From the NCBI GenBank assembly GCA_002633005.1, contig NMRA01000540.1:82119-146118 (forward strand): a DNA stretch of 64,000 bases, read 5' to 3'. Each line of letters starts with the position of its first letter. The first letter of the stretch is position 1. This DNA is from Phoronis australis. Its lineage: Eukaryota; Animalia; Phoronida. Below are positions 53,601 through 63,875 of this stretch, piece after piece. The notes under the pieces are model-generated. The model worked only from the letters and a program-made list of their open reading frames with translations, ran no database searches and was not told the DNA's origin. A program made the position numbers and the translations under genes.

Positions 53601-56600
53601 CTCACGTGCACATTACTTCGGCTCACTAGTATAGTATTTTCCTGACTGGAAGTTTAGTTACCACTGAATCTTGGCTAGTTTATGTTCGTGATGTCTGATC
53701 GGTTTCCAAGCCACTGGCCGGGATAACGAGTCAATACGGCCGGCCGCGACAGGCCTGATTGGGCTCCGAGCCACTGGCCAGGATAACAAGCGTTTTGTGT
53801 TTAGAACTCAAAAAATCACAAGTCTAAACAACACAGATCTAGGTTCTCCTGTCTGTATCTCACGGAAAATACTTCGAAATTATCTCCGAACAGACCCCAA
53901 ACTCCTGCTACTGACCTTATTGGCCTGCCGAACTTTGTAGGCTACGGTGTATCCAAATACAAATAAATCCGTTAGAGCGAAATAAAACATCACGTTTTTA
54001 TAAGAACTCGGTATATTTTTAAGGGTTTTGCATTGAAGTTTGATGATTTATTGGTGATAAACAATGACTTCAAGCGATAAGCTGACACCAGTAACCCATG
54101 TTGTGAACTGCTGAACAGACTGCGTGTGAAACCGATGACATCATTGGATAATTTCAACACCTCCGTCTGCCGTCACGTGTCAGGTAACGCAACCGTACGT
54201 GTCGTTATGGAGTAGTACTACTCGATCTAAATTGATACAAATTAGGTTGTTTTTTGGGTGGCATGCTCCTTTAATTGGGTTAGACGACCAGGTCATTCAA
54301 ATCAAATTTCTTAAATATCATGCAAAAAGAATATTTCAATTTAAAATTTGTATGTACAGCAATTCTTTTGATATTAAACTTCAAGACGGAATCTGAAAAA
54401 CACTGTTAACAGTTATGCTTTTTCTAAGTCCATAACCTTGTTTTTGCAATTCTATGAAAATTCCAAACCTATTTCTGAAAGCACCTCATCAAAAAGCTTA
54501 ACATCTTGAAACTTATATTTAATCAACCATTTCTGGGAAGTCGGCATTTTTAGGGTCACACATTGTTTTAACCTGAGCTTTTAATTACTCTAATTACCCC
54601 CTCCCATTTTGGTTGATATAAATCAGTGACTTTCGTAGAAAACCTTTTGATCGTTTATCATGGCTCAATGACAGTAAATCATCGTAAATGATCACTATTG
54701 ATGTTAAACTTTGTACTGAAAATTAAATCGTGGTACTAGCTCTCATAACATTTCTTACCATGATTTACGTAACTCAATTCTTCAACTTGCAATTTAAGGC
54801 TTGGCCAACAACAATAAACTCTGCACTCTTTTACCGAGCCATTGACAAGACAGTGATAGAAATAAAATCCTATTAAGACCACACTTATGAAAGTAAAATG
54901 TCTAATTTAATTTTTATTTCAAGTCAGCTGACCATGGCTAACTGCAGCTTTAACCGTGCACATCACGCCAATTATCTAATGTCAAGAAATGTTTGATATA
55001 ATATTTAGCAACATGAATTTATATTATCAATTTATTAAAAGACTTCTATGATCAACTGTGATCAGTCAAAATTGCCTGCTCTTGGGGACTTTTAGAAAGT
55101 CCATTGAACAATACTATGAAAAGTATAATTAGTGCTCACAAAAATCTGTTAGAAAAGAGACGGTGTAACATTTGAAACTATTTTTCTAAGAAATCAGAAG
55201 GACCAGGTTTGAGGGTCCTTTTGCAAAGGTTGCTTTTATTTCTTCAATAAATCTATAAACAAGAGCAACGCAAAGCATTGAAATGCGCCCACGAATGCAC
55301 CACAAACAGTGTGCTTCTAGGGTTATTTGTTTCATAAAGATAACCACTAGATGGCGCAAAAACATCCAATCCATCTGAAAACATGTACATGCCATCACTT
55401 CTTTCATAAAAAGCTGTTTCCCAAATTTCATAAAAGTCTGTCATGGAACTTCAGAGAAAGAAGGAAAACAGAAAAAATTAAATTGCCACTAGGGGGCACA
55501 GTGTTCATTGGATATGCCTGAATGACTTTGTCGTCTGTTGTTAGCTTCATAAAAATACGGTTACTAAATTTAATTAAAGATCCTGCAGTGTGTTAAGGTG
55601 ATGCAGCTATGGGCGCAAAACAAAGCAAAACTACCACTAGGAGGCGCCACAGTAGTCGAATTTGTCATTGTCAACCGTTCTGTTCAAACTGAGAACATAT
55701 ACGACAAATTTTCAAACTTATCCTTAGAAGGGTTTGGTTGATTGAGGGGTGGACGTCAACAAACAGACTTGAAAACAGGAAAAATGGTCACTAAGTGGCG
55801 CAAAGTACCTCGATTCCATTTGAAAATGGCAGGATAGCATCATCTCACCAATAGATAGCTATGTTACAAATTTTCTGAAAAATGTGTTGAGGACCTTTGA
55901 AGATACAGAATGTAAACCTAGAAAACAAAAAGTGCCACTAGAGGGCACACTGGTAGTCAGATCTGTCTGAAAGTTATTGTCATCCGTTGTCACATACTTT
56001 CTAAATTGAGCAACGGTTTAGGAGATACAGGCATGGGTGCAAAAAAAACAAAACTACTATAAGGACGCGCCACAATAGTTGAAATCATCGGAAAATCATC
56101 GTCAGCTGTCCTCTTCATAGTAAGAACATACACACCAATTTTCACAATCATAAATGGAGCAGTTTGGTTGATAGAGTGGTGGACACCAAAAAACAGACTC
56201 AAAAACAGCAAAAACGACCACTAGGTGGCACAAACTATGTCAAATCCATCCGAAAACATTACGATAGCATCATCTCAAAAATAAATGCCTATATGAAAAA
56301 TTTTATGAAAATGCTTTTAGGACCTGTGAAGATCTGAGGTAAGCGTAAAAAAATAAAATTGCCACTAGAGGGCACAACCTTAGTCGGATCACTCCGCAAG
56401 TTCACTTGTCGTATGCCATCCCACATATGTGCACAATTTCATGAACGTACGTCAAAGGGTTTTGGAGATAGAGAAGCAGACTTCGGATGCCGCACGGAGA
56501 TGACGGCATAATGCGTCTACATTAGACCTTCTACAGCTACCTTTATTAGACTAAACAACAACAAAACTGATTATTACCTTGTAACTAGCTGGCACTTTTT

Positions 56601-57197
56601 GGCCCATAACAAACTGACCCCGACACTGGAACCTGTAGGGGAGATAAAAACAAATACATTGCTCCTGACAGAAACAGAACATTTCCGTACTCATTGAAGC
56701 TAACACGAATGCAGGGTTGATGGACTTCTTGGAGTGATTAGCTTTGACCAGAGCTACAAAATAACACAATCTGCTGTTTTTGTTACAAATCGCTAATAAT
56801 CACCGTTGTCTGCAAAAAGTTTGCTAAAATCAAAACTGCCTGGTAACTTTACTAGTTGAAGACGCCTAAAATATGTCTGCCAAAGGTTTAAGGGGCACTT
56901 GATTCAGTGGTTTGCGGGACTGCTTTCAGAATTCATGTTCATGCAGATTTTTAAACTTAGAAATTGGATTCAACAATTCAGAGAAGTTTTACCGCATTAC
57001 TTTGGACCCCTTCTTGTTAATGGAAAATTGAGAATCAAAATAAACTATGGCTTGTCCAATATGTTGTGCCCAAAATAAGCAGGTATATCGTACTTACCCA
57101 TTTATGGTGGAATGGATTAGATTACGAAGTTTTTCGATATCGGAGTTGTCCCGGGCAGAACAGACTTCCAGAATCCCACAGATGCTTACGTTGTGAC
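26678..57197 (-). CDS. LRRK2: LRRK2-like ROCO kinase, 3' part (end of Roc, COR, kinase, WD40; about 1040 aa in window; 5' exons beyond the right edge)
   Basis: 25 in-phase GT-AG exons: 57098-57197, 56578-56632, 52227-52352, 46267-46425, 45426-45538, 44791-44891, 44004-44125, 43417-43574, 43056-43180, 42208-42314, 40126-40199, 38874-39003, 38014-38181, 36634-36732, 35970-36203, 33939-34046, 32954-33055, 32344-32445, 31893-32068, 30893-30971, 30194-30354, 29220-29351, 28651-28856, 28308-28382, 26678-26799. COR motifs: FLHEAGVLLHY, YTPLGFWSRLL, EWYPGL. Kinase motifs: LGEGGYGAVY, VAVK, LQHRIAL, IIYRDMKPDN, DYGI, EGTIGYRAPEVARG. These are closer to LRRK2 than LRRK1 from recalled sequences; orthology is not tested. 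Confidence 0.9.
37165..37590. repeat. Old interspersed repeat, copy 1
   Basis: Colinear similarity to about 50120-50500 (e.g. ttaatgtgacaatttgagaacatttac, ctcttaaatccacct). Confidence 0.6.
40251..41942. mobile_element. Family B Kolobok-type element, copy 2
   Basis: TTAA|AGGCGAATGCCAACC ... GGGTAGCATGCTCCT|TTAA; colinear with the other family B copies. Confidence 0.85.
43849..44003. repeat. 47-bp minisatellite (3.3 copies) abutting an LRRK2 splice donor
   Basis: Unit gtctacagccatacactgtcacatatgtctgtgatcattgttcatat at 43849, 43896 and 43943; the partial unit ends at the GT donor. Confidence 0.9.
47390..48373 (+). mobile_element. Helentron/HINE-like non-autonomous element with internal subrepeats of about 145 bp
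   Basis: Head ACAAGAGCAACGC..ATGCGCCCACGAATGCA (present twice, at 47390 and 47614), internal CCACTAG..GGC subrepeats, and a 3' hairpin tatgcgc..gcgcata. The family assignment is inferred from architecture. Confidence 0.6.
50120..50505. repeat. Old interspersed repeat, copy 2
   Basis: Colinear similarity to about 37165-37590. Confidence 0.6.
52595..54270. mobile_element. Family B Kolobok-type element, copy 3
   Basis: TTAA|AGGAGAATGCCACCC ... GGGTGGCATGCTCCT|TTAA; colinear with the other family B copies. Confidence 0.85.
55257..56530 (+). mobile_element. Helentron/HINE-like element with 8 internal subrepeats
   Basis: Same head and GATGACGGCA tail as 47390-48373; periodic CCACTAGRNGGCRC motifs. 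Confidence 0.65.
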
Positions 57198-57235
57198 CTG
57201 AATTATAAATACAATTTAAACCATGACTGAACAAA

Positions 57236-57335
57236 AGCACCACGAGCACACTGCAGCCATACAATAGATGTAGGGAGACAGGGTAAAGCAACATGAGCAC
57301 ACTGCAGCCATACAGTAGATGTAGGGAGACAGGGT
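57236..57335. repeat. Tandem duplication of about 51 bp
   Basis: gagcacactgcagccataca.tagatgtagggagacagggt occurs twice. Confidence 0.85.
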
Positions 57336-57941
57336 TTCCAACATAAATGCCATTATGATAGAAGCACCAGGCTTACATGGTGCCATATTGTCGTGTGGAA
57401 ACAAACCAGTGTGGCTGTAGGCAGATAGGGGACCTTGGTATATTAAACGCAAAATACTGACAAATAGGAACAAATAGAACAAAAGTATGCTAAGCACAAT
57501 TAGAGGGATAATTAAACTAGAAAGGATTTTTATTTTAATTTCAAAATATCCCAAAAAGACGTCACTGTAAAAAGTGTGAAAATATGAGCATGTTGGCACC
57601 TCTTTCACCAAAATCAACCCAACAGTTTCAAAGTTAGATCCTTTTAGAACATTTGCTTACACGGTCCATAACACTCAATTCCACACAACAAAACGACCGC
57701 CTTGCTACAAAATACAAAGTCACTTGATAGCCAATCTCTGTCTCTGAGAGCACATTTAGGAACAAAGGAGACATCAGCACAATACAGCAAGATCATTTGA
57801 TACAACAATTTGTAACTTTTCGCATAAAAATTACCAGGGTATCGTTTGTCAGCTCGCAATTCTGAAAAACACCTCGCACACATGTGACCAAAAATGCTGT
57901 TGGGGTGTTTTTGGGCAATTGCAACTCAGCTTGCAGAAGTC

Positions 57942-58082
57942 GTAATGTCCAAGCTATAATGCCCACCTTGTAATGCCCAAGCTGTAATGCCCAAGTTGTA
58001 ATGCCCACGTTGTAATGCCCAAGTTGTAATGCCCAAGTTGTAATGCCCAAGTTGTAATGCCCAAGTTGTATCGCCCAAGTTG
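57942..58082. repeat. 14-bp minisatellite, about 10 copies
   Basis: Unit gtaatgcccaagtt. Confidence 0.9.
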
Positions 58083-58802
58083 CACACACGCAGCTAATGT
58101 GAGTTTGCCAAAATCTCAACTCGTATTTCAGAATTTCGAGTTGCAAATGTGACCTGCAGCTTATTTTTTAGATCCCTGAACACATAAAAAGATCATCTTC
58201 CTATCCCAAATCAGGCCATATTTTCTAACAGAATTCTAAGGCATCAAAAACATTTTTCAGAAGCTTAATGCTATGAAGATATCGTGAACTGATAGCCAAA
58301 AGAAGAGACACAGTCATTTTTTCAAAACTACTCAGTGTAACTTTTAATGAAAGTCATTTCTATTTTAGATACTCAGATTATATGATTGTGGAGTGTTTGT
58401 CTACAGCTACAGGGCCTATGCTACTGAAATCTTAATTTATTTCTTACTTTTACTTTGCAGAAAACTTTGGCATCGTCACTTTCAAGATGTTCGCTTACTT
58501 TAACTGCATGATGAAAAAACAAAAAAGGACATTTTTCAATAAAATTATTTTGTTCCAAATTAAAGTTCAAATTTCTTTTGTACTTTTTCATGGAAAACTG
58601 AATAAAATTTCTTAATGTCAAAAACCAACTGCCAGAGAATTGGTTTTATATTGATTTGTTGTATGTCAACCAGTCACAACTACAACCGACCTAATCATTC
58701 TGTATCGTCACACATCAACTGTGACCAGACAAAAGTTGTAAGAGCCCTAAAATACTTGGAATTGTAAGCGTTCCGTTTCCTTGAACAATACATAATAAGC
58801 CC

Positions 58803-58837
58803 TATATAAGACAGACATTCTGAAACATGAACTCAGT
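58803..58837 (+). promoter_or_regulatory. TATA box plus initiator of the lectin gene
   Basis: TATATAAG at 58803-58810 lies about 30 nt upstream of an Inr-like TCAGT (58833-58837), which is about 60 nt before the ATG at 58895. Confidence 0.65.
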
Positions 58838-58894
58838 GAGTATCAATAAAACACAGAGACAACCACTGCTGGTTACTTGAAGAGAAAAGGAAAC

Positions 58895-61800
58895 ATGAAA
58901 GTGATCATTGTCCAAGCCCTGTTGGCATCACTGCTAGGCTTTGTACTGTCAGAAAGAACACTTGATGATGACATAAGTGTGAATCAACGTCGCTTGTACA
59001 CGACACATAGGCTAACCTCATTGGTTGGCAGGATTCTAAAAGCATTAGAGAGCAGACATGGGGAGAAAGGTAATGATTGAAAACGTTTTATTACATGTAG
59101 TTGCAAACATTTTTAAGTCTGGTTTGCACACCACCTGTTGGCAACATCACCTGTGACCAAATGACTATAAGCATGAAAAGATCTCTCCCCTGGCCGGGAC
59201 TCGAACCCTTGCGATGTTGCGAACAAGTGGTGTGCAGACCAGACTTAAAAATGTTTGTAATCTATAATTTCATGCCAGTTTAAGACATATACATTCATAT
59301 TTTATTAATTGTTTTAATATTTTTTGCTTCACTAATATTTCAAAGATATGCTTGGAGGTTGATTGCCGTCCATAGCGCAGTAGTAAAGCAGACAGCTAAG
59401 AAACATTTGAAAACTAACAAGAATGTAAATGACTGCTATATTTTGAGACTGTTGGCCTCAGGATAAAATGAAAATGTAAGGGGGCACAGCGTTTGCCAGA
59501 TTCACCTGAAAGTCATTCTCTTCTGTTATCAACTTCATATAAATACACTTGGTAAATTAATAAAGATTTTGCAGTAGGTTTAAGAAGTTATTAGATACAG
59601 CTATGAGGGCAAAAGAACTGCCACTAGGAGGCAACACAGCAGTCAAAGTCGTCAAAAAATCCTCGCCAAACAAGCTCCTCACACTAAGAACAACAATGCC
59701 AATTTTCACATTCATCTTTAAAATGGTTTGGTTGATAAAGGGGTAGGCACAAAAACAGCGAAAATGGCCATTAGGTGGCGCAAAATACCTCAATTTCAAC
59801 TGAAACAGGGGGATAGTGTCATTGCACCAATAGATGCCTATATTCCAAATTTTAAGAAAACCTGTAGAGAACCTTTGAAAATATAAATAAGGTAAATGGA
59901 TAAAATTAAAATTTGCCAAAAGGGATCACACAGGTAACAAGATCCGTTCAAAAGTCATCGTCGTCATTGTCAGAATATAGACTGACAATGTTTTAAGTTG
60001 TATTGTTTTGTTTCGTTATTCTGTTTGATTGGCATGACCCTTGAGTTAAGTAAGTAACAGTGAAGATGTAATTTGTTTACTACAAAACAGTGTGGAACTT
60101 TCTAGAAGACTGAGGTCAGAACAGTGATGATGTATTTTGTTTACTACAGTATAGTGTGGAACTTTCTAGAAGACTCTAGCATGACAATGATTAATGCAGT
60201 CTGGAATATTCTAGAGACTAGTACATGTTTGTAGAATGGTTGGGTAGATTCAGGAAAGTTCTAGAATGTGCTTGAATTGATGAAAAGTTCCAGAACAATG
60301 GATGAGGCTATAAATACACTAGCACGGGTTTGTGTTAGTCAGATCAAGTCGGGAGATCAAGTCAGATCAAGTCAGTTCATCAGAAGTTCAAGAAAGTTAA
60401 TCAGGAGAATTACAGTTGAGTTGCAGTGAAGAGAATCAGCAGTTACAGCGATAGTCAATAGAGAGACAGCAGGTTACTGAACCAACGAGTTAACAGTTGC
60501 TGGAAGTATCTCTAAGTTCATCACAAGTAAAGGCTTCGCAGCAATGGCTGGAGCATAAACAGACATTACGTCGGACGTTTTGTTTGAGTAGGCTTGTGAA
60601 CGTACGGTCGGGATTAATAAAGGATTAACTCGAACCAGTCTTTAGTCAATCATCGCACCGAAAGCTATTAGCACCGGTCTGTAACAACCTGCGCCCACTC
60701 ACACACGGGGAAAAATGTGACAGTCATCCATTGTAAAATTCATATAAATAAACTTGCTAAATTTAGTAACGGTTCGGCATCGTGTTAAGAAGATATTAGC
60801 CATGGGCACAAAAAACAAAACTGCCGCTAAGGGGCGCCACATTAGTCGAAGTCATTGGGAAATCGTTGTCATCCATCCTCTTCATAGTAAGAACATGCAT
60901 GCTAATTTTTACAATCATTCTTAGAGTGGTTTAGTGGATAGTGGAGCGGACTCGAAAACAGTAAAAATGAGAACTAGGTGGCGCAAAATTCCTTGAATCC
61001 ATCCGAAAACGGAAGGATAGCGTCGTCTTATTAATAGATGCCTATGTGCCAAATTTCATCAAAATCAGTTGAAAAACTTTGAAGATACGGACTGAGGTAA
61101 ACATAAAAAACTAAATTGTCAATAGGGAGCACAGCCGTATTCGGGTCGGTCCAAAACTCGTTGCCCTCTGTTGTCAAACCCATAGGAACACACTTTTCAA
61201 ATTTCAAAAAAAACCTGCAAGGGGTTTAAGAGATATAGCCGACAGATGACGGCAATATGCACCCACACATATATTGGTGCATAAAAAGTAAGACTAATCA
61301 ATTTTTGCAAGGAATGCTGACAAGAAGTTTCTCTTGTTCTAGCCAGATGCCAAGACCGTTTCAAACCATTCAATGGTCACTGTTACTATTTTGGCACCAT
61401 TCCTGTAAAGACTTGGCACCAAGCCAAAATTGCCTGCCAACAAATGGGAGCTGAACTTGTCTCCGTAGAAAGCTATGCTGAGGATGAGTTCCTGGTGTCG
61501 ACATTATTCAAAGTAACAGGTAAGACAAACCCCAGAAGCTGCATTATTCTCATGACATAACTTCTCGTGTCTTTTGTATTTTTTCATTGAAGCTATAGGA
61601 AATCTTCAGTACATCAGAAAAAAAGTTGTGCTAAGAAATGTTGTGCAGGTTTTCAACACGGCGCATTTTCCATATTACAAAAAATGAGACACTTATATGC
61701 CGAAATATCGTAACTGAAGTAAGATTTCACCAAGTTTGAGTAAAAGTAATCGTAACCGATTTTTTGTCATTTTTCAAAAATCAAGACAGCTCACATTGTT

Positions 61801-62863
61801 TGTGAATGTCTTCTGTTTTGTAAACCATAATCTGATGGCAGCTACTGCATAGAATGTATATCAAGCAACTTGTCTTTAACAAAAAATGAATTCATTTCAC
61901 TTGTCCATGCAGATGCACCCCAGATATGGTGTTATTGCACAGTAAGAATGATAGTGTCAAGAAGCTTTGATCTTGTTACAGAGCCCTACATGAATGGGTA
62001 TTACACTGGTTACGGAGCTCTACACGAATGGGTATTACACTTGTTACAGAGCCTTACATGAATGGTTATTACACTTGTTACAGAGCCCTACATGAATGGT
62101 TATTACACTTGTTACGGAGCCCTACATGAATGGCTATTACACTTGTTACGGAGCCTTACATGAATGGCTATTACACTTGTTACGGAGCCCTACATGAATG
62201 GCTATTGCACTTGTTACAGAGCCCTACATGAATGGGTATTACACTTGTTACGGAGCTCTACACGAATGGGTATTACACTTGTTACAGAGCCTTACATGAA
62301 TGGTTATTACACTTGTTACAGAGCCCTACATGAATGGTTATTACACTTGTTACGGAGCCCTACATGAATGGCTATTACACTTGTTACGGAGCCTTACATG
62401 AATGGCTATTACACTTGTTACGGAGCCCTACATGAATGGCTATTGCACTTGTTACGGAGCCCTACATGAATGGGTATTACACTTGTTACAGAGCCCTACA
62501 TGAATGGCTATTGCACTTGTTACAGAGCCCTACATGAATGGCTATTAGACTTGTTACAGAGCCCTACATGAATGGCTATTACACTTGTTACAGAGCCATA
62601 CATGAATGTCTATTACACTTGTTACAGAGCCCTATATGAGAGCCTATTACACTGGGGGTAATGATCTGCAGCACTATGGCCGATGGATTTGGGATGCTAC
62701 GCAAAAGCCCATGACAGGTTACGCACCGTGGAGACATGGTCAAGGACCAACCCAGAGGCGCCACAGCTCTGAGCATGTACATATCTATTGGAAGAAAGAC
62801 AACTTCAAGTGGCACGATTCTGTCATCAATGAAAAAGACACCGGCTTTATTTGTGAGAAGTAG
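58895..62863 (+). CDS. Secreted single-domain C-type lectin (CTLD) protein, 195 aa, 3 exons, nested antisense in an LRRK2 intron
   Basis: Exons 58895-59069 (signal peptide MKVIIVQALLASLLGFVLS), 61343-61519 (CQDRFKPFNGHCYYF..TWHQAKIACQQMGAELVSVESYAEDEFL) and 62628-62863 (YYTGGND..GRWIWD..YAPW..WHD..FICEK*). Both introns are phase 1. Confidence 0.85.
59101..59260. mobile_element. 160-bp hairpin element with 50-bp inverted arms and a tRNA-like fragment in the loop
   Basis: 59101-59150 pairs with 59211-59260; the loop reads GGGTTCGAGTCCCGGCCAGGGGAGA on the minus strand. Confidence 0.7.
59460..61283 (+). mobile_element. Helentron/HINE-like element interrupted by a solo LTR, in lectin intron 1
   Basis: Colinear with 55480-56520; ends in hairpin TATGCACC..GGTGCATA (61256-61283). 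Confidence 0.6.
59968..60722 (+). mobile_element. Solo LTR (755 bp)
   Basis: TGTCA...TGACA termini and a perfect 5-bp TSD GTCAT (59963-59967, 60723-60727). Internal TATAAATA near 60309 and AATAAA near 60616. Confidence 0.85.
61972..62653 (+). repeat. 34-bp minisatellite, 20 copies, made of the lectin exon-3 splice acceptor and exon start
   Basis: Unit cttgttacAG|agccctacatgaatggctattaca. The last unit is the in-frame exon 3 start, and units 1-7 recur as units 8-14. Confidence 0.95.
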
Positions 62864-63328
62864 GAATACAATGTCATGCAGTTTCTGATGTTATACAAGT
62901 TACCACTGCTTCCCTTTCTTGCAAGAAAAGGTTCTGCAACAGTTGTTAATTTCGCTTATTTCTTCCCAAAACCACTGTAACGTTACCATTTATCTATTCC
63001 TGAACACGCTTGTCAAATTTTGTACAAAAGGTTGCAAAAACAGCTACTGAAAGTTTGATGTCTTTGTTTTTAACCACAAGCAACTGTTTACTGTGACCTT
63101 CTAACCAAAGTGCCACTTGATCACATGACGCTGCACAAGGTCAAACGGGTTATGGAGAGGTGTCTTCGTATCCAACAAACAACCAAAACAAACAGTGTTT
63201 CAAAAGTTTACAAATATCACAATTTTTTAGCATTCTTTGATCTTTGGACATATGGAAATTTGATCTCACGTGACAAACAAAGTGAAGCAGAAAATGTAGA
63301 TCAGACAGTAAGTAGAAGCATTCACAGC

Positions 63329-63875
63329 TTTCACAGACACCCTGTATTGATGCATGGCTATGCTAGCATTATGTCCATTTCACAGACAACCCTGTATTGA
63401 TGCATGGCTATGTTAGCATTAAGTCCATTTCACAGACAACCCTGTATTGGTGCATGGCTATGCTAGCATTATGTCCATTTCACAGACAACCCTGCATTGA
63501 TGCATGGCTATGCTAGCATTATGTCCATTTCACAGACAACCCTGTATTGATGCATGGCTATGTTAGCATTAAGTCCATTTCACAGACAACCCTGTATTGG
63601 TGCATGGCTATGCTAGCATTATGTCCATTTCACAGACAACCCTGCATTGATGCATGGCTATGCTAGCATTATGTCCATTTCACAGACACCCTGTATTGGT
63701 GCATGGCTATTCTAGCATTATGTCCATTTCACAGACAACTCGGCATTGGTGCATGGCTATGCTAGCATTAAGTCCATTTCACAGACACCCTGTATTGGTG
63801 CATGGCTATGCTAGCATTATGTCCATTTCACAGACAACTCTGTATTGGTGCATGGCTATGCTAGCATTATGTCCA
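63329..63875. repeat. 50-bp minisatellite, about 11 copies
   Basis: Unit tttcacagacaaccctgtattgatgcatggctatgctagcattatgtcca. Confidence 0.95.

Noticed and set aside
59183-59208. tRNA gene
   Set aside because: Only a T-arm and 3' acceptor fragment; no D-arm or anticodon arm.
61972-62653. 34-bp array as a CRISPR array
   Set aside because: The units are contiguous with no unique spacers, there are no cas genes, and the context is a eukaryotic intron.
63329-63875. 50-bp minisatellite (contains tttcacag) as an acceptor array or coding repeat
   Set aside because: No exon follows within the window, and the ORFs across it are by-products of the repeat.
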